Source: the human T2T-CHM13v2.0 reference genome, Homo sapiens
Strand: one strand, 5' to 3'
DNA length: 64,000 nucleotides
NCBI RefSeq assembly: GCF_009914755.1
Contig: NC_060925.1
Shown here: positions 20,047 to 34,636 of the stretch, piece after piece
How positions within the stretch are numbered: the first letter of the stretch is position 1
Layout: each line of letters starts with the position of its first letter
Program-made: the position numbers and the translations under genes
Notes under the pieces: generated by a model
What the model was told of the DNA's origin: nothing
The model's input: only the letters and a program-made list of their open reading frames with translations
Databases searched by the model: none

Positions 20047-20619
20047 CTAAATACCAAGAGCCTGAGAAACTGCTTGGGTGATTTGACTAATAAAGGCAGG
20101 CCCGTTATTGGACTGTATATAGGTGGGAAGGCCAAACTGAGGAATTACGTCTGACAAAAGGGAAGAAATGACTGTGGTGGCCTTCTCAGACCCTGTGGGA
20201 AAGGCCTCTACCCATCTAGTGAAAGTGTCTACCCAGACCAAGAGGTATTTTAGTTTTCTGACTCGGGGCATGTGAGTAAAGTCAATTTCCCAGTCCTGGG
20301 CAGGGGCAAATCCCCGAGCTTGATGTGTAGGGAAGAGAGGGGGCCTGAACAATCCCTGAGGAGTAGTAGAATAGCAGATGGAACACTGAGAAGTGATTTC
20401 CTTAAGGATAGATTTCCATGATGGAAAGGAAATGAGAGGTTCTAAGAGGCGGGCTAGCAGCTTGTAACCTACATGGAAGAAGTTATGAAATGATGATAGA
20501 TTAGAATGGGCCTGTGAGGCTGGAAGGAGATATTTTCCTTGGTCCAAGAACCATTTGCCTTGTGTGGGAAGAGGTTGATAGGTAGAAGTTTCAGTCGGTG
20601 AGTAGGTGGGAGTGACCAA
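20047..20619 (-). pseudogene. HERV-H integrase remnant, open for 190 codons
   Basis: HH-CC zinc-finger remnant (FHNFFHVG...CSIC) and WEIDFTH...LLVWVDTFTRWVEAFP core. Confidence 0.9.
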
Positions 20620-22822
20620 TGAGAAGGAGAAAAACTGGCCGTGAGGGACAGAAGTTGGAAGGCTAGCTGCTTCTTTAGCTACCTTATCAGTATAAACGTT
20701 GCCCTGAGCGATGGGATGTGATGCCTTTTAATGGCCCTTGCAGTGAATGACTCCAGCTTCCTTTGGAAGTAAAGCGGCCTTAAGAAGAGTTTTTATTAAA
20801 GAGGCATTAATGATGGAGGACCCTCGAGTAGTGAGGAAACCTCTTTCAGCCCATAAAACAGCATGGTGGTGTAGGATATGGAAGGCATATTTAGAGTCAG
20901 TATAAATATTGATACGTAGTCCTTTTGCAAGAGTGAGGGCTCGAGTTAAGGCAATGAGTTTGGCTTGCTGAGAGGTAGTGGAGGAGGGCAGAAAGTATAT
21001 GCATCAGGTGTGAGGAAGAAAATAGATTTTGGAAGTTATGAGAACTGTAGAGAGTGAGTTGAGCATAGTTTGTGATTTTGAGGGTCTCTAAAAGTATTAA
21101 GGCAGTGGCAGCCACCCCACGCAGACATGAGGGCTAGGCTAAAACAGTAAGGTCAAGTTATTTGGACAGAAAGGCTACAGGGCGTGGTCCTGGCTCTTGT
21201 GTAAGAATTCCAACCACATAGCCCTGCACTTCGGCTGTGTGTAATGAAAAAGGTTGGGATGAGTTAGGGAGAACTAGTGTGGGAGCAGATTTTAGGGCTG
21301 TTTTTTAAGGAATGGACAGGGGAGTGTGGAAAGGATTTAGGATTTATGGGGTCAGCTAGGTTTATCTAGAACAGAATAATGGGTTGTGGAGGGAGGTATT
21401 GAGGATAGGAGAATATATGGGTTTGGCACCATGGGGTGGATAGGCAAGACAATTTTGTTGATAAGGCGCAGATCCTGAACTAAAATGTAAGGCTTGTCCA
21501 GTTTTTGGACAGGTAAAATGGGGGAATTGTAAGGAGAGTTTATAGGCTTTAAAAGGCCATGCTACAACAGATAAGTGATAACAGGCTTTAATCCTTTTAA
21601 AGCATGCGGTGGGATGGGATACTGGCATTGATCGGGGTAAGAGTGATTAGGTTTTAATGGGATGGTAAGGGGTGCATCATCCATCCTCAAGGAGGGAGTA
21701 GAGGTGGATTAAGGTGGGGAGATACAAGGAGAGGATGTGAAGGAGGCTTTGAACTGGGGGAAAAGGGCGGTAATGAGGTATGGCTGTAGCCTAGGAATAG
21801 TCAGGGAAGCATGTAATTTAGTTAAAATGTCTCGAGCCAATAAGGGAGCTGGGCAGGTGAGGATAACTAAAAAGGAGTGCATAAAAGAAAATTGTCCAAG
21901 TTGGCACCAGAGTTGGGGAGTTTTAAGAGGTTAAGAAGCCTGGCTGTCATAATCCACAACAGTTATGGAGGCAAGGGAAACACACCCTTGAAAAGAAGGT
22001 AATGTGGAGTGGGTTGCCTCCGTATTGATTAATAAGGGGATGTACTTACCCTCCACTGTGAGAGTTACCCAAAGCATCTGTGATGGTCCAGGAGGCTTCC
22101 GAGGTGATCCGGCAGCATCAGATCTGGAAGGAGTTGGCCAGGGAACATTGGGTTTGGGCTCCAGGGGCTTCAGGAGCAGCAGCAATGTGAGTCGGACAGT
22201 CTGACCTCCAGTGGGGGCCTGCACAGACAGGGCACGGCTCAGGAGGAATCCCGGGCCGTGGGCATTCTGAGGCCCAGTGGCCAGGCTTTTGGCATTTGAA
22301 ACAAGGTCCACGAGGATGTTTTTAAGGAGCCTCTGGGAGCTGTGGCTTGGATGTTCTGAAGTTTTTTTGTATGCTGGAGATGTGGTTGTGGGTTGTCTTA
22401 CAGCGGAGGCAAGTAGCTGTAACTCAGAAATGCGTTGCTGTCTGGCCACCTCCTCTCTATTATTGTACACCTTGAAGGCGAGGTTGATTAATTCCTGTTG
22501 TGGGGTTTGAAGGCCGGATTCCAATTTTTGAAGCTTTTTTCTAATGTCAGGAGCTGACTGGGTGATAAAATGCATATTAAGAATAAGGTGACCTTCTGGT
22601 CCCTCTGGGTCTAGGGCGGTAAAGCATCTAAGGATTTCTGCTAACTAAGCAGGCCATGAACTGGGCTGGGTTTTCATCTTTACCTTGGGTAGTTTCTTTA
22701 AGTTTGTCATAATTAACAGCTTTGTGAGCTGCCTTTTTAAGCCCTTCAACTAGGCAAGAAACCATGTAATTTCGCCTAGCTATACCTGGGGAATCTGCCT
22801 GATAGTTCCATAGGGGATCTTC

Positions 22823-23713
22823 TCAGGGAACTGCTCTAATGCCTTCCTGGAGGTCTGGCTCATGAAGCCGGTGATTATCAGCGTGAGATTGGGCTAGAGA
22901 GAAGACTCTTTCCCATTCATCTGGGGAGAGGGTAGAAGTTAGGCTGACATTTAAGTCTCTCCAGGTTAAACTGTAGGACAGAGTTAGATATTGGAATTCC
23001 TGTATATATTTATTGGTGTCTGATGAGAAAGAGCCTAAACGCTGGCTGATTTGGGAAACGTTTGGTAGAGAAAAAGGCACATGTACTCTGACTATGCCTT
23101 CAGCTCCAGCCACCTCTCTAAGAGGAAATTGTTGGGCAGGAGGGGGAGAGCTAGTCGCAGAATGAAACTGTAAACCAGACCGGGTGTGGGAAGGGGAGTT
23201 AATAGAAGGGTTATAGGGTGAGGGAGCAGAGGCTGAAGAAGAGTTGGAGCCTGATTCAGCCTGGCGGGGAGCGAGCTGAGGAGGAGCAGTCTGGGGAGGA
23301 GGTGAGGGGTCAGATGGGTCAGCAGAAAAGGAAGATTCACAAGACTCAGTGACGACTGGGGTTGGGACTGAAGGGACAGGCGGGAGGGAAAGAAGGAGGA
23401 TTTGGGATGAGTCGCATTGGGAACAGAGACTAAGGAGGGAACAAAGTGTGAAAAATGCCTGGACGTAAGGCACCTCAGACCATTTGCCCTTTTTTCGACA
23501 AAAAGTATCTAGGTCTCGTGGGATGGAGAAATCGAAAGTGTCATTTTCTGGCCATTTAGAACCATTGTCGAGTTTGTATTGGGGCCAAGCGGTGTTGGAG
23601 AAGAAAATAAGATGCTTAGATTTTAGGTCAGGCAAGAGGTGAAGAGGTTTTAAGCTCTTGAGAACACAGGCTAAGGGAGAAGAAGGAGAAATGGAGGGTG
23701 GAAGGTTGCCCAT
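22823..23713 (-). pseudogene. HERV-H gag remnant (MA to N-terminal CA), 296 aa from ATG, open upstream to 23941
   Basis: MGNLPPSISPSSPLAC...WPQYKLDNGSKWP...PSPYNP...FPLREVAGAEGIVRVHVPFS; premature TGA. Confidence 0.9.
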
Positions 23714-24231
23714 AGTAAAGGAGGCAAGTTTAAAGAGAAGGGTAGAGACACGGAGAAGCGGGGTGGGGAGCAGTCCTGGGCTGCAATGTGGGTGAGCAGC
23801 CAAAGCAGGTGTCCCCACAATTGACTTGCCACCAAGGGAATGTGGGTGAATGACCAAGGCAGGCATCCCCGTGGTGATCAGACACCAATGGGGTGTGGGT
23901 GAATAATCAAGCAGGCACACCCTGCAATGATTAAACACCAAGGGTAGGCTGTCTTCCTAAGTTGGTGACTGGCGCCAGAGTTTTGGGTCCATGGATAAAA
24001 TGTGTCTCGTTTGTCTCTATTAGAGAGGAAAAATAACTGGACTTGGAAGGACAGGGAGATTGAAGGGTAGGGAGAGAGGCTGGAGAAGAGAGTGAAAAGA
24101 CTGTTTACCCGATTTGAAATTGGTGAGATATTCCTTGGGCTGGTTGGTCTGAGGACCTGACGTCATAGGTGGATCTCTTCACGGAGTGAGGGTGAGGACA
24201 GGGGACTGGTCTCCCGAAGGAGTCCCTCTGA

Positions 24232-24249
24232 CCCGGGTCTTCAGCACCA
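24232..24249 (-). other. Primer-binding site, tRNA-Phe-like
   Basis: TGGTGCTGAAGACCCGGG, 2 nt downstream of the 5' LTR. Confidence 0.7.
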
Positions 24250-24251
24250 AA

Positions 24252-24587
24252 TGTCTCATGCTTCTGTGTGAAGAGACCACCAAACAGGCTTTGTGTGAGC
24301 AACAAGGCTGTTTATTTCACCTGGGTGTAGGTGGGCTGAGTCCAAAAAGAGAGTCAGCAAAGGGTGGTGGGATTATCATTAGTTCTTGCAGGTTTTGGGA
24401 TAGGCGGTGGAGTTAGGAGCAATGTTTTGCAGGCAGGGGGTGGATCTCACAAAGTACATCTCAAGGGTGGGGAGAATTACAAAGAATCTTCTCAAGGGTG
24501 GGGGAGATTGCAAAGAAACTTCTTAAGGGTGGTGGAGATTACAAAGTACGTTGATCAGTTAGGGTGGGGCAGAAACAAATCATAATG
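24252..24587 (-). mobile_element. HERV-H 5' LTR, lacking about 127 bp of outer U3
   Basis: Aligns with 18794-19099, then similarity stops abruptly. Confidence 0.92.
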
Positions 24588-25895
24588 TTGAGTAAAGAGG
24601 AAAAGGCAGATCAATAGAAACACAAATAAAAACCTCACAACATAGAAACAGAAAACCAGACCCACCACCATCCATCGTCATTGCCACTTATATAAATATC
24701 AGTAAATTTACTTGTAATTCTAAAGGGAGTATGGGAAGGGAGTTGGATGTCACTCAAATCTGACACTGAAATCTCAGATAAGACACAGAGAGGTTGAGTC
24801 AGAGCAATGGAGATGTGGGGGTGAGTGGAGTGAAGTAGCCCCATGGTGCTTTGACTTTTCTCAAAGGCAAAAGGCAGCCCCATGAGCCCCATACTGTATA
24901 TCTTCTGGTTAAGCTCATTAGGAGAGGATGTTAACTGTTTCTCAACCACTAATTTCAGTAAGTGAATCAATCCTTGTTGAGTTGAATGCCCAGAAGAAAT
25001 TGCCACCCTTGGGATCTGGGCTGGAGTCAACTACACCTGACAGATCTTGTACCAGTTAAGATTTTAACTCAGTTCTGAGTCACTGAAAACCCCATAGGCA
25101 GCCACTGAACTAATCATGGTTTGAAGGAGGCATTATCTGATAGCCACAGAGGCAACCGGTCCACCTGTCTTCCACCCTATTGTCTTCTGGTCACAGGACA
25201 GGCATTTCACCCCTAGCATCCTGTTTGCATTCTGGAAAGGGAGAAGGAGAAATATGAAGTTTATTTGGTGGTACTATTGTGGGAATAGCCAAATACATCG
25301 ATGGAGCTTACTTAGGAGATAGGATCAGGTAGATATTGAGATTTTACATATGATATATGTGGGATAAATTATCCAATCAGTGATGTTGGAACAACAAATT
25401 TTCCATTTGGGAAATATACTAAAATGATAGAGGAAAATGTTTTTGAGTTCTTGATTTAATGAATGTCTACTTAAAGAAAAAACCCCCACAAAATCCATAA
25501 AGGAAAAAATAGACAAATTTGCTGACAGCATAATTTAAAAAATTTCTATAACAAGGACACTCTTTAACAAATTGTAATTGATGATGGCAAAATCCAAATT
25601 TTTCCAAAATATTTTTAAAGAGGTTTATTCTGAGCCAATATGAGTGATGGCAGCCAGAGTTGCACGGTTTCAGGAGGTCCTAAGAAACTGTGCGGTGGGG
25701 GTGGGCAAGATGGATTTCCCCACGTTGACATTTTGAAAAGATCCCCGTGTCTGGCTGCCTGTGCAGCATGGGAGGGAGAGGGGTCAGGGTAGGTGTGCCT
25801 CCATGAGAACCAGATCCTTAGAAGACAATTGGAATGATGGGTCAGAAACTATGGACATGGAGAAAACTGAGGATCTGTGGACTTGGAGATCATAG

Positions 25896-26522
<627 letters not shown>

Positions 26523-26716
26523 TGACATAACTGTTAATATTAGTCCTTTTCACTCTCAGAATCGTTCCTGTTTGGGTGCTAGATTTTGCAGCCACCCCCA
26601 TAAGGCAGGAAAAAACATGCAGGCTCTGGTAATAGAGTAGTTGTGAGGGTGAGGGAGAAGGAACCACAAGGATGACTTCCAGTTTCTGGCTTGCAGACCA
26701 AAAGGGAACGTGGTGC

Positions 26717-27276
26717 TGTTCCAGGAAACGGTCCCGATAATAGCTCAGACCCTAAGAGAGTGTTCTTGATCTTGTGTAAGAAAGAATTCAGGACGAGTTT
26801 GTAAAGTGAAAGCAAGTTTACTAGGAAAGTGGAGGAATAAAAGAACGGCTACTCCATAGACAGAGCAGACCAGCTACTCCGAGAGCTGCTGGTTGCCTAT
26901 TTCTATGGTTATTTTTTGATGATATTCTAAACAACGGGTGCATTATTTATGTCTCCCATTTTTAGGCTATATAGGGTAACTTCCTGACATTGCCATGACA
27001 TTTGTAAACTGCCATGGTGCTGGTAGGAGCGTAGCAGTGAGGATGACCAGAGGTCACTCTCATTGCCATCTTGGTATTGGTGGGTTTTGGCTGGCTTCTT
27101 TACTGCAGTCTGTTCTGTCAGCAAGGTCTTTATGACCTGTATCTTGTGCTGACTTCTTATCTCATCCTGTGACTTAGAATGCCTTAAGTGTCTGGGAATG
27201 CAGCCCAGTAGGCCTCAGCCTTATTTTACCCAGCCTCTATTAAGATGGAGTTGCTCTGGTTCCAATGCCTCTGACA
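26717..27276 (-). mobile_element. MER41A-type solo LTR
   Basis: Minus strand starts tgtcagaggcattggaaccagagcaactccatctt; cctaaaaatgggagacataaataat junction lacks the GAS-bearing insert of MER41B. Confidence 0.85.
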
Positions 27277-28501
27277 GTAGGAATTTGGGAATGAGTTTTA
27301 ACAAATACTTGGAAACTGAAACTCAGAGTGAGAGACTAGAAAGAGAGCAAATGCTGTAAAGAGAAATGACCACAAAGGGAAATTAGGAGAAACAAAACTG
27401 GAACCAAATGGAGCACCATTCTCTGGATGGTTGATTCTGTGAAAAATTAAAATGGAAATCTATTGAGCATTTGGAGCCAGAGAATGATAGGATACTGCTC
27501 TGAGAATTTACTGGGGAATTTGAGAGTTTTAGAAGATAACTAAAGTATTCAGAGACTCATGAAATGACTGTATGTGAATATATATCTTCCTGTTAAAATT
27601 ATATATAGGTTAAATGTATTTCTGTTAATCAAAATTAATCTTCTCATTGACTTACATTCTAATTGAAAAACCTCTTTGTTCTCCTTTAGTGAAACCCTTA
27701 ATCAGTAGCATTTGACACTCAGAACTTTTTTGTCTACCGACTCCTTTCTCTTCAAGAGTTAATCTAGTGCAACCCTTAATTATCCCCAGAGCTATTATTA
27801 AAAGAATCTGTAAATGGAAGCATTTTTAAAGCCAAGAATCTTAGTAATTTTATTCTGATCAGAGTTTATAAGATCAGAGTTTTACACTTTGACATCTTAT
27901 TATATGAAGATGAAATAAAACCATTAAGAGGAAACACAATGTAAGTTAGTGATCAGACTTTTGTATTAGTCCATTGACCCCAAAATCTGACTTGCTTATA
28001 GGGTTGTGTTATATTTGAGTTTTAGTTATAATTTTGCTACTTATTAGATTTAGAGGAATTAGTTAAATCTCCCTTATCTTCAACTTCTTCATGAATAAAA
28101 TAAAAATAACTAACTCATGAGGTTTCTATGATATTTAAATGAAACAATAGCTATATAGTGATTAGTACTTTGTAGTTACTCAATGTGTTTTATTAACTAA
28201 TATTATTATAATAAAGAGTTTCTGTTTGAGGAGATGAAATATTTTGGAAATAGTGGTGATAGTTGTACAACATTATGAATATAATTAATGCCATTGAATT
28301 GTATGCTTAAAATTTCTAAAATGGCAATAAAACAATAAAAATATATAAAATACAATAATTACATATTTGCAGTTTAAAACCTATTATGTTTGACAATATA
28401 TTTCTGAATTTCAGTTTCAGAAATCTAGAGGAATACTCTCCTACACCATGAGACAACTGATATTTAGTGCAAGCCATGGTGAGCACTTGCCCTCTTTTAG
28501 T

Positions 28502-28551
28502 ATTGGGTCGGTGCAAAACTCATTGCGGTTTTTGCTATGAAAAGCAATGGC
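28502..28551 (+). mobile_element. MADE1 (Hsmar1 MITE) fragment
   Basis: ttgggtcggtgcaaaactcattgcggtttttgc resembles the mariner terminal inverted repeat. Confidence 0.7.
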
Positions 28552-28613
28552 TTTTTAAAGGTCTGGTCTGGCAACAGAGTCAGCTCTTAAAATGTTAAAT
28601 TCCTAACTTTTAA

Positions 28614-28937
<324 letters not shown>

Positions 28938-29198
28938 CGGCAAGGGAGAATTTAAGGAATTATAAAAAATTGTAGTGAGCTGACTAGTAGGGGATAGAGT
29001 ACACAAAACTCATTTTCCACTATTTGAGTGAACAATTGTTTACTCCTCTGAAAGCACCTGTGGGCTTCACTGGCCCGCTTCACTGACCGGCACTGCCTCC
29101 ACCCAGACTTGCGGGAGTGCTCACCCACCTCAGCGTGACTGTCCCTCCCCTCTGTACTCTTCTCTCTATTCCCCAGTTCCCAAGAGTTATCCCTTTCT

Positions 29199-29778
<580 letters not shown>

Positions 29779-29803
29779 AGTTATCCCTTTCTAACATATT
29801 GTT

Positions 29804-29910
29804 CTCCCCCTCTCCCTCCTCTGCTCCATCTCCCTCCCTCTGTCCCTTCCTTCCTTCTGTCCTTCCTCCCTCCCTCCCTCCCTCCCTTCCTTCCTTTCTT
29901 CCTTCCTTTC
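29804..29910. repeat. CT-rich low-complexity tract, (CCTT/CCCT)n
   Basis: Direct inspection. Confidence 0.85.
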
Positions 29911-31440
29911 ATTTGAGTATTGTTTCCACCCCACCCTCACCCCACAAAATGTGAGCTGTACAAGAGCAAGGATTTTGTTTGTTTGTTTGTTTGTTGTTCA
30001 CGGATGGGTCCCAGGTGTCTAGGACAGTGCCTGGTTAACAGTACATGCTCCATGAAGATGAGCTATTGTGACTTGGGGTTTTCTGGAACTGTAGCTGGAA
30101 CCAACCCTAACCTGTTACAGCTCTCCACTCATGCCTCCCACTGCCTTTTGAAGAAGGCCATGTTGTTAATGTTGTTAAGCTGCTGTCTAAAGGACATGAA
30201 CATGAATTTTTTCTCTGTAGCTGACACAGGTTTCCCCCGAATCCTTCCACTGCCTCTTTCATGTGTGAAGAACAGCAGACATTTGTGAGTTGGCAGCCTA
30301 TGGACTGAGAAATGTGGACTGCAGCCATAGAATGGAGCAGATTTCCAGGGCATTTGGGTTGCAAATCTCCCATTTTGACCTCCTTAGCATCGTGCTCTAT
30401 TATTTAACCCCTCCTTCCATTCCTCCCATGTCTGCCTGCTGTCACTTAAACAAGGGAGTCCACCCAGTGTGGGGAATCGTGCCTTTCCTGCAAACCTTCC
30501 TGCTGATTTGTGTTCTAGCCCAGGCTCATGAATTAGTTCTGCTGAGCCTGGCCATGGCCAGTTGTAAAGTGCTGTGTGTGCTGATACCAAAAGTTATGTA
30601 CAAAACACCAAGAAGTCCCAGGATTGGTACTGCCTTTCAGTATTTGTCCAAAATGGTGCTTTTCTCTGCTTCCCTGGTCAAGCAGAATGAACAGGTCACC
30701 AGCGCAGGTAGAATTCTCTCAGTGTCACTGTGGTCCTTGCAGGTCAGCTGGATTTGTCAGTTTAGCTGAGTGTGTCCAAAGACCTCAGCCTCCCTTCTGA
30801 TTTTCAAACAGAGAAACAACTATAAAGCTACATATGGGTGTGTGAGATGAGACTGGCAGCAGTAAAGGTGGCACTTTGAAGAGGCTCTAGGGAGACAGAA
30901 TGGACAGTAATTTTAAAGTGACTTTGGGAAGAGGCACCACTGACCTCTCCTCCTTCTCCGCCTGAACAGTCCCTTCAGAAGCTGCTTTTCCCTCACTTCC
31001 GTCTCCCTCATCCCTGAATAACCCACACATTTGGAGCTTCTCTTCCCACTATCTTCTAGCTTTTGTAGGTTTTTTCCATCTTATTCCAACATGAGAGGCA
31101 AAGGACCCTGAGTTTGTCAGACCAAACCCTCGAAGAAGCCGAAGAGTCAAACAAAAGAGGTCATATGTAATCTGTAGTAGAAGCCAGACAATGTGAAAGG
31201 GTAAATCCAAAGGCCATTGGAACTTCTGGATCCAGATAGGGCCCAGCAAATGTGTAATAAAGTCAGCAGTGAGAAACGCGATTGGGACATGATACTTCCA
31301 TGACATCAGTAGCTGTAATCAAGCTGAATCTGCCTGTTGATCCCTATGGAAACTGTCTGCTGACTGTAGTGCTGCTCTATTTTGTTGTCATTTCAGGGCT
31401 ACAAATGAATATGCAATCACTTGACTACTTTGTTTTAAGC

Positions 31441-31777
31441 CAGGGGTCCCCAACTCCTGGGCTGCAGACAGGTGCTGGTCTGTGGTCTGTTAGCAACCAG
31501 GCTGCATAGCCGGAGGTGAGCAGTGGGTGAGCATTACCACCTGAGCTCCGCCTCCTGTCAGATCAGCAGTGATATTAGTCTCACAGGAGCTCAAACCCTA
31601 TTGTGAACTGTGCATGTGAGGGATCTAGGGTGCTGGCTCTTAATGATAATCTAACTAATGCCTGATGATCTGAGATGGAACAGTTTCATACCGAAACCAT
31701 CCCTACCACCCCTAGTTCGTGGAAAAATTGTCTTCCACGAAACTGGTCCCTGGCAACAAAAATGTTGGGAACCACTG
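31441..31777 (+). mobile_element. MER1B-like hAT-Charlie MITE
   Basis: caggggtccccaac ... gttgggaaccactg terminal inverted repeats; 8-bp TSD ttttaagc / ttataagc. Confidence 0.9.
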
Positions 31778-32068
31778 TTATAAGCCATCTGTGAACCATG
31801 AAATGTTTGGGTCAGTCTCCTGAGACTGAAAATTTAATCAAAATTTCAGCAAGAACTTTCTCTTCCCACACTTTCCAGTGTGCCTGAAACCGGAATTTAA
31901 AAAAAATGTAATTGGAGCACGCAGAATCAATTCTTAACGCTGTTTCAATGTGTCCTTTCCCCCAAACAATACACTTAAGACATTTACTAAGTGTTAAAGA
32001 GCTACCTCTCTGTACTACTTGCTGTAATTTTCTTTGATCAGACTGATTTTTATTTAAAAGATTTGTTT

Positions 32069-32205
32069 TGTTTGTTTGTTTGTTTTTGTTTTTTAGAGCA
32101 GGAGTGAAAGTTTATTAAAAAGCTTTAGAGAAGTAAGGAAAGGAAGAAAAGGAAGGAAGGTACACTTGAAAGAGGGCCAAGTGGGCAACTTGAGAGACCA
32201 AATGC
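32069..32205 (-). mobile_element. Polyadenylated ERV1 LTR fragment (MER50/MER57-like)
   Basis: cttggccctctttcaagtgtac...gctttttAATAAActttcactcctgctct followed by an (A/C)-rich tail; TSD-like aagatt(t/a)gttt. Confidence 0.7.
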
Positions 32206-32215
32206 TGAAGATTAG

Positions 32216-32812
<597 letters not shown>

Positions 32813-32985
32813 TGGAAGATTAGTTTTAAAAGAGTGTATCACATAGTGCTTAAGTACTGTGTTTTGTGCTTTTATGTTGTCATTAATAGTGCCTTCAAAT
32901 TAGGGAGGAAACGACTTAACTCAGTTACTTGTAAAAGTTTGGTTGTGAAAGAAGCTAAATTAACTGCGAGGATTCAGCTTATAAT

Positions 32986-33642
32986 TTTTTTTTTTTAAAT
33001 AGACTTTATTTTTCAAAACCTCTTTAGGTTCCCAGAAAATTGAACAGAAAATGCAGAGAGTTCCCATATCCTCTTTCCAGGCCTCCCTCACTATCAGCAT
33101 TTCCTACAGAGTAGTACGTTTGTTACAATCAATAAATCTATATTGACACATCATTATCACCAGTCTGTAGTTTACATTAAGGTTCACTCTTAGTGTTGTA
33201 CATTTTATGGGTTTTGACAAATGTGTAAGGACATGTTTCCACCACTACGGTATCACACAGAGGAGTTTCACTGGCCTAAAAGTCATCTGTGCTCCACTCA
33301 CTCATCCCTCCCTCCCTCCCTCCCTCCCTCCCTCCAACTCCTGGCAACCACTGATCTTTTTATTGTTTCCATAGTTTTGTCTTTTTCAGAATAGCATATA
33401 CTTGGAATCTTATAGTGTGTGGCCTTTTCAGATTGGCTTCTTTCATGCATTTAAGGTTCTTCATGTCTTGTAGAGGCTCAATAGCTTATTTCCTTTTAGT
33501 GATGAATGATATTCAGGATGTACCACAGTTTACTTATCCATTCACCTACTGAAGGACATCTTAGTAATTTCCAAGTTTTGGCAATTATGAATAAAGCTTC
33601 TATGAATATCTATGTACAGATTTTGTGTGGACATAAGTTTTG
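32986..33642 (-). mobile_element. L1MA/L1MB 3' end
   Basis: aatagactttatttt...aaaattgaacagaaaatgcagagagttcccata; ccaagttttggcaattatgaataaagct. Confidence 0.85.
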
Positions 33643-34029
33643 CAGGCTATAATTTTTCATCCTTAATCCTCAGTATCTAAGAACAGTGGGTAAAATTTGA
33701 CCCAAACAGTACAGCTATAAATCTAGTTTCTGCTATCCCCTCTCACCAAGGCAACCGTTTCAAACGTTAACAAAGTCAATATGAAGGTTAAAAGAATCAT
33801 GGCAGAAGTATTTAATCATATTATCCGAAGTTTATTGTACTTGGGAATGATTAGACTTAGAGTATCCATTAAGTACAGACTAAATGCAATCATGAACTTC
33901 CTCTTTGACTGCATGAGACCTTCAAAAATGCAGTGGTTGCTTTTAACCATAAATACTTTAGGCTGTAATTATGTACGAAGTAATGAGTAAATAGCTTGCA
34001 TAAGCACTTTTACAAAGGGTAGAACAATT

Positions 34030-34049
34030 GGACCACAAGGTGGTGCCCA
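34030..34049 (+). promoter_or_regulatory. Candidate CTCF site
   Basis: GGACCACAAGGTGGTGCCCA is close to the CCACCAGGTGGCGC core, in non-repeat sequence; motif only. Confidence 0.4.
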
Positions 34050-34499
34050 AGATATTTTAAATTCAGATCCTGGTGTCAGGTGAGCACTGAAAACCCAAGA
34101 CTGGAAGATGAGTAGAATTAGAGCCAACAGATACTTGGAGCAGAAAATCCAATGTGTGTTTTAATGAAATGTATACATTCTTCTAAAATATCATCTTTCA
34201 ATGATCATTATTACAGATTAAACATTTTAAAACTGCCCAAAGACTTTATGAAATCTTTTATTTTCTAGTTTTCTTCATATTATTCTTATTTGCCACCATG
34301 CCCTGGCCCAACTGTATTGCCATTAAAAGATCACAGAAGACCCTCTGCCTTGACACTTGCCACATACCTGTCCCTGCTCTGTGCTGAGTGAAGAACTTAC
34401 TTGGCCACAGAGATTAGAGATAGATGGACTTCCCTTTCTTGTGTTTCAGATGCTACTTTTCTGTTTTTTGTTTTGTTTTTCTTTTCTGGCAATTCTAAA

Positions 34500-34636
34500 A
34501 TTTTTTTAAAAATATTTTAAAATTAAGACAGGATCTTGCTATGTTACCCAGCCTGGTCTTGAACTGGGCTCAAGCCATCCTCCCACCTTGGCCTCCCAAA
34601 GTGTTGGGATTACAGACATGAGCCACCAGGTCTAGT
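34500..34636 (-). mobile_element. Alu monomer (FLAM)
   Basis: Single antisense left arm. Confidence 0.8.

Larger units (their letters stand above)
18794..24587 (-). mobile_element. HERV-H provirus, ~5.8-kb internally deleted (RTVL-H2-like) form
   Basis: Two LTR7 copies, PBS, gag (MGNLPPS...), protease remnant (VTLTVEGK...THSTLPSF), integrase (HQARGFAPAQDWEIDFTHMP), env TM remnant (FLLLFGPCVFRLVSQFIQ). Confidence 0.97.

Noticed and set aside
24635-25030. 131-aa minus-strand ORF next to HERV-H; likewise the ORFs at 29920-30769
   Set aside because: Non-ATG starts and no recognisable protein family; lengths are compatible with chance
26717-27276. Interferon-inducible MER41 enhancer
   Set aside because: The tandem GAS (TTCCGGGAA/TTCCTGGAA) segment of MER41B is absent at its expected position; the sequence is MER41A-like
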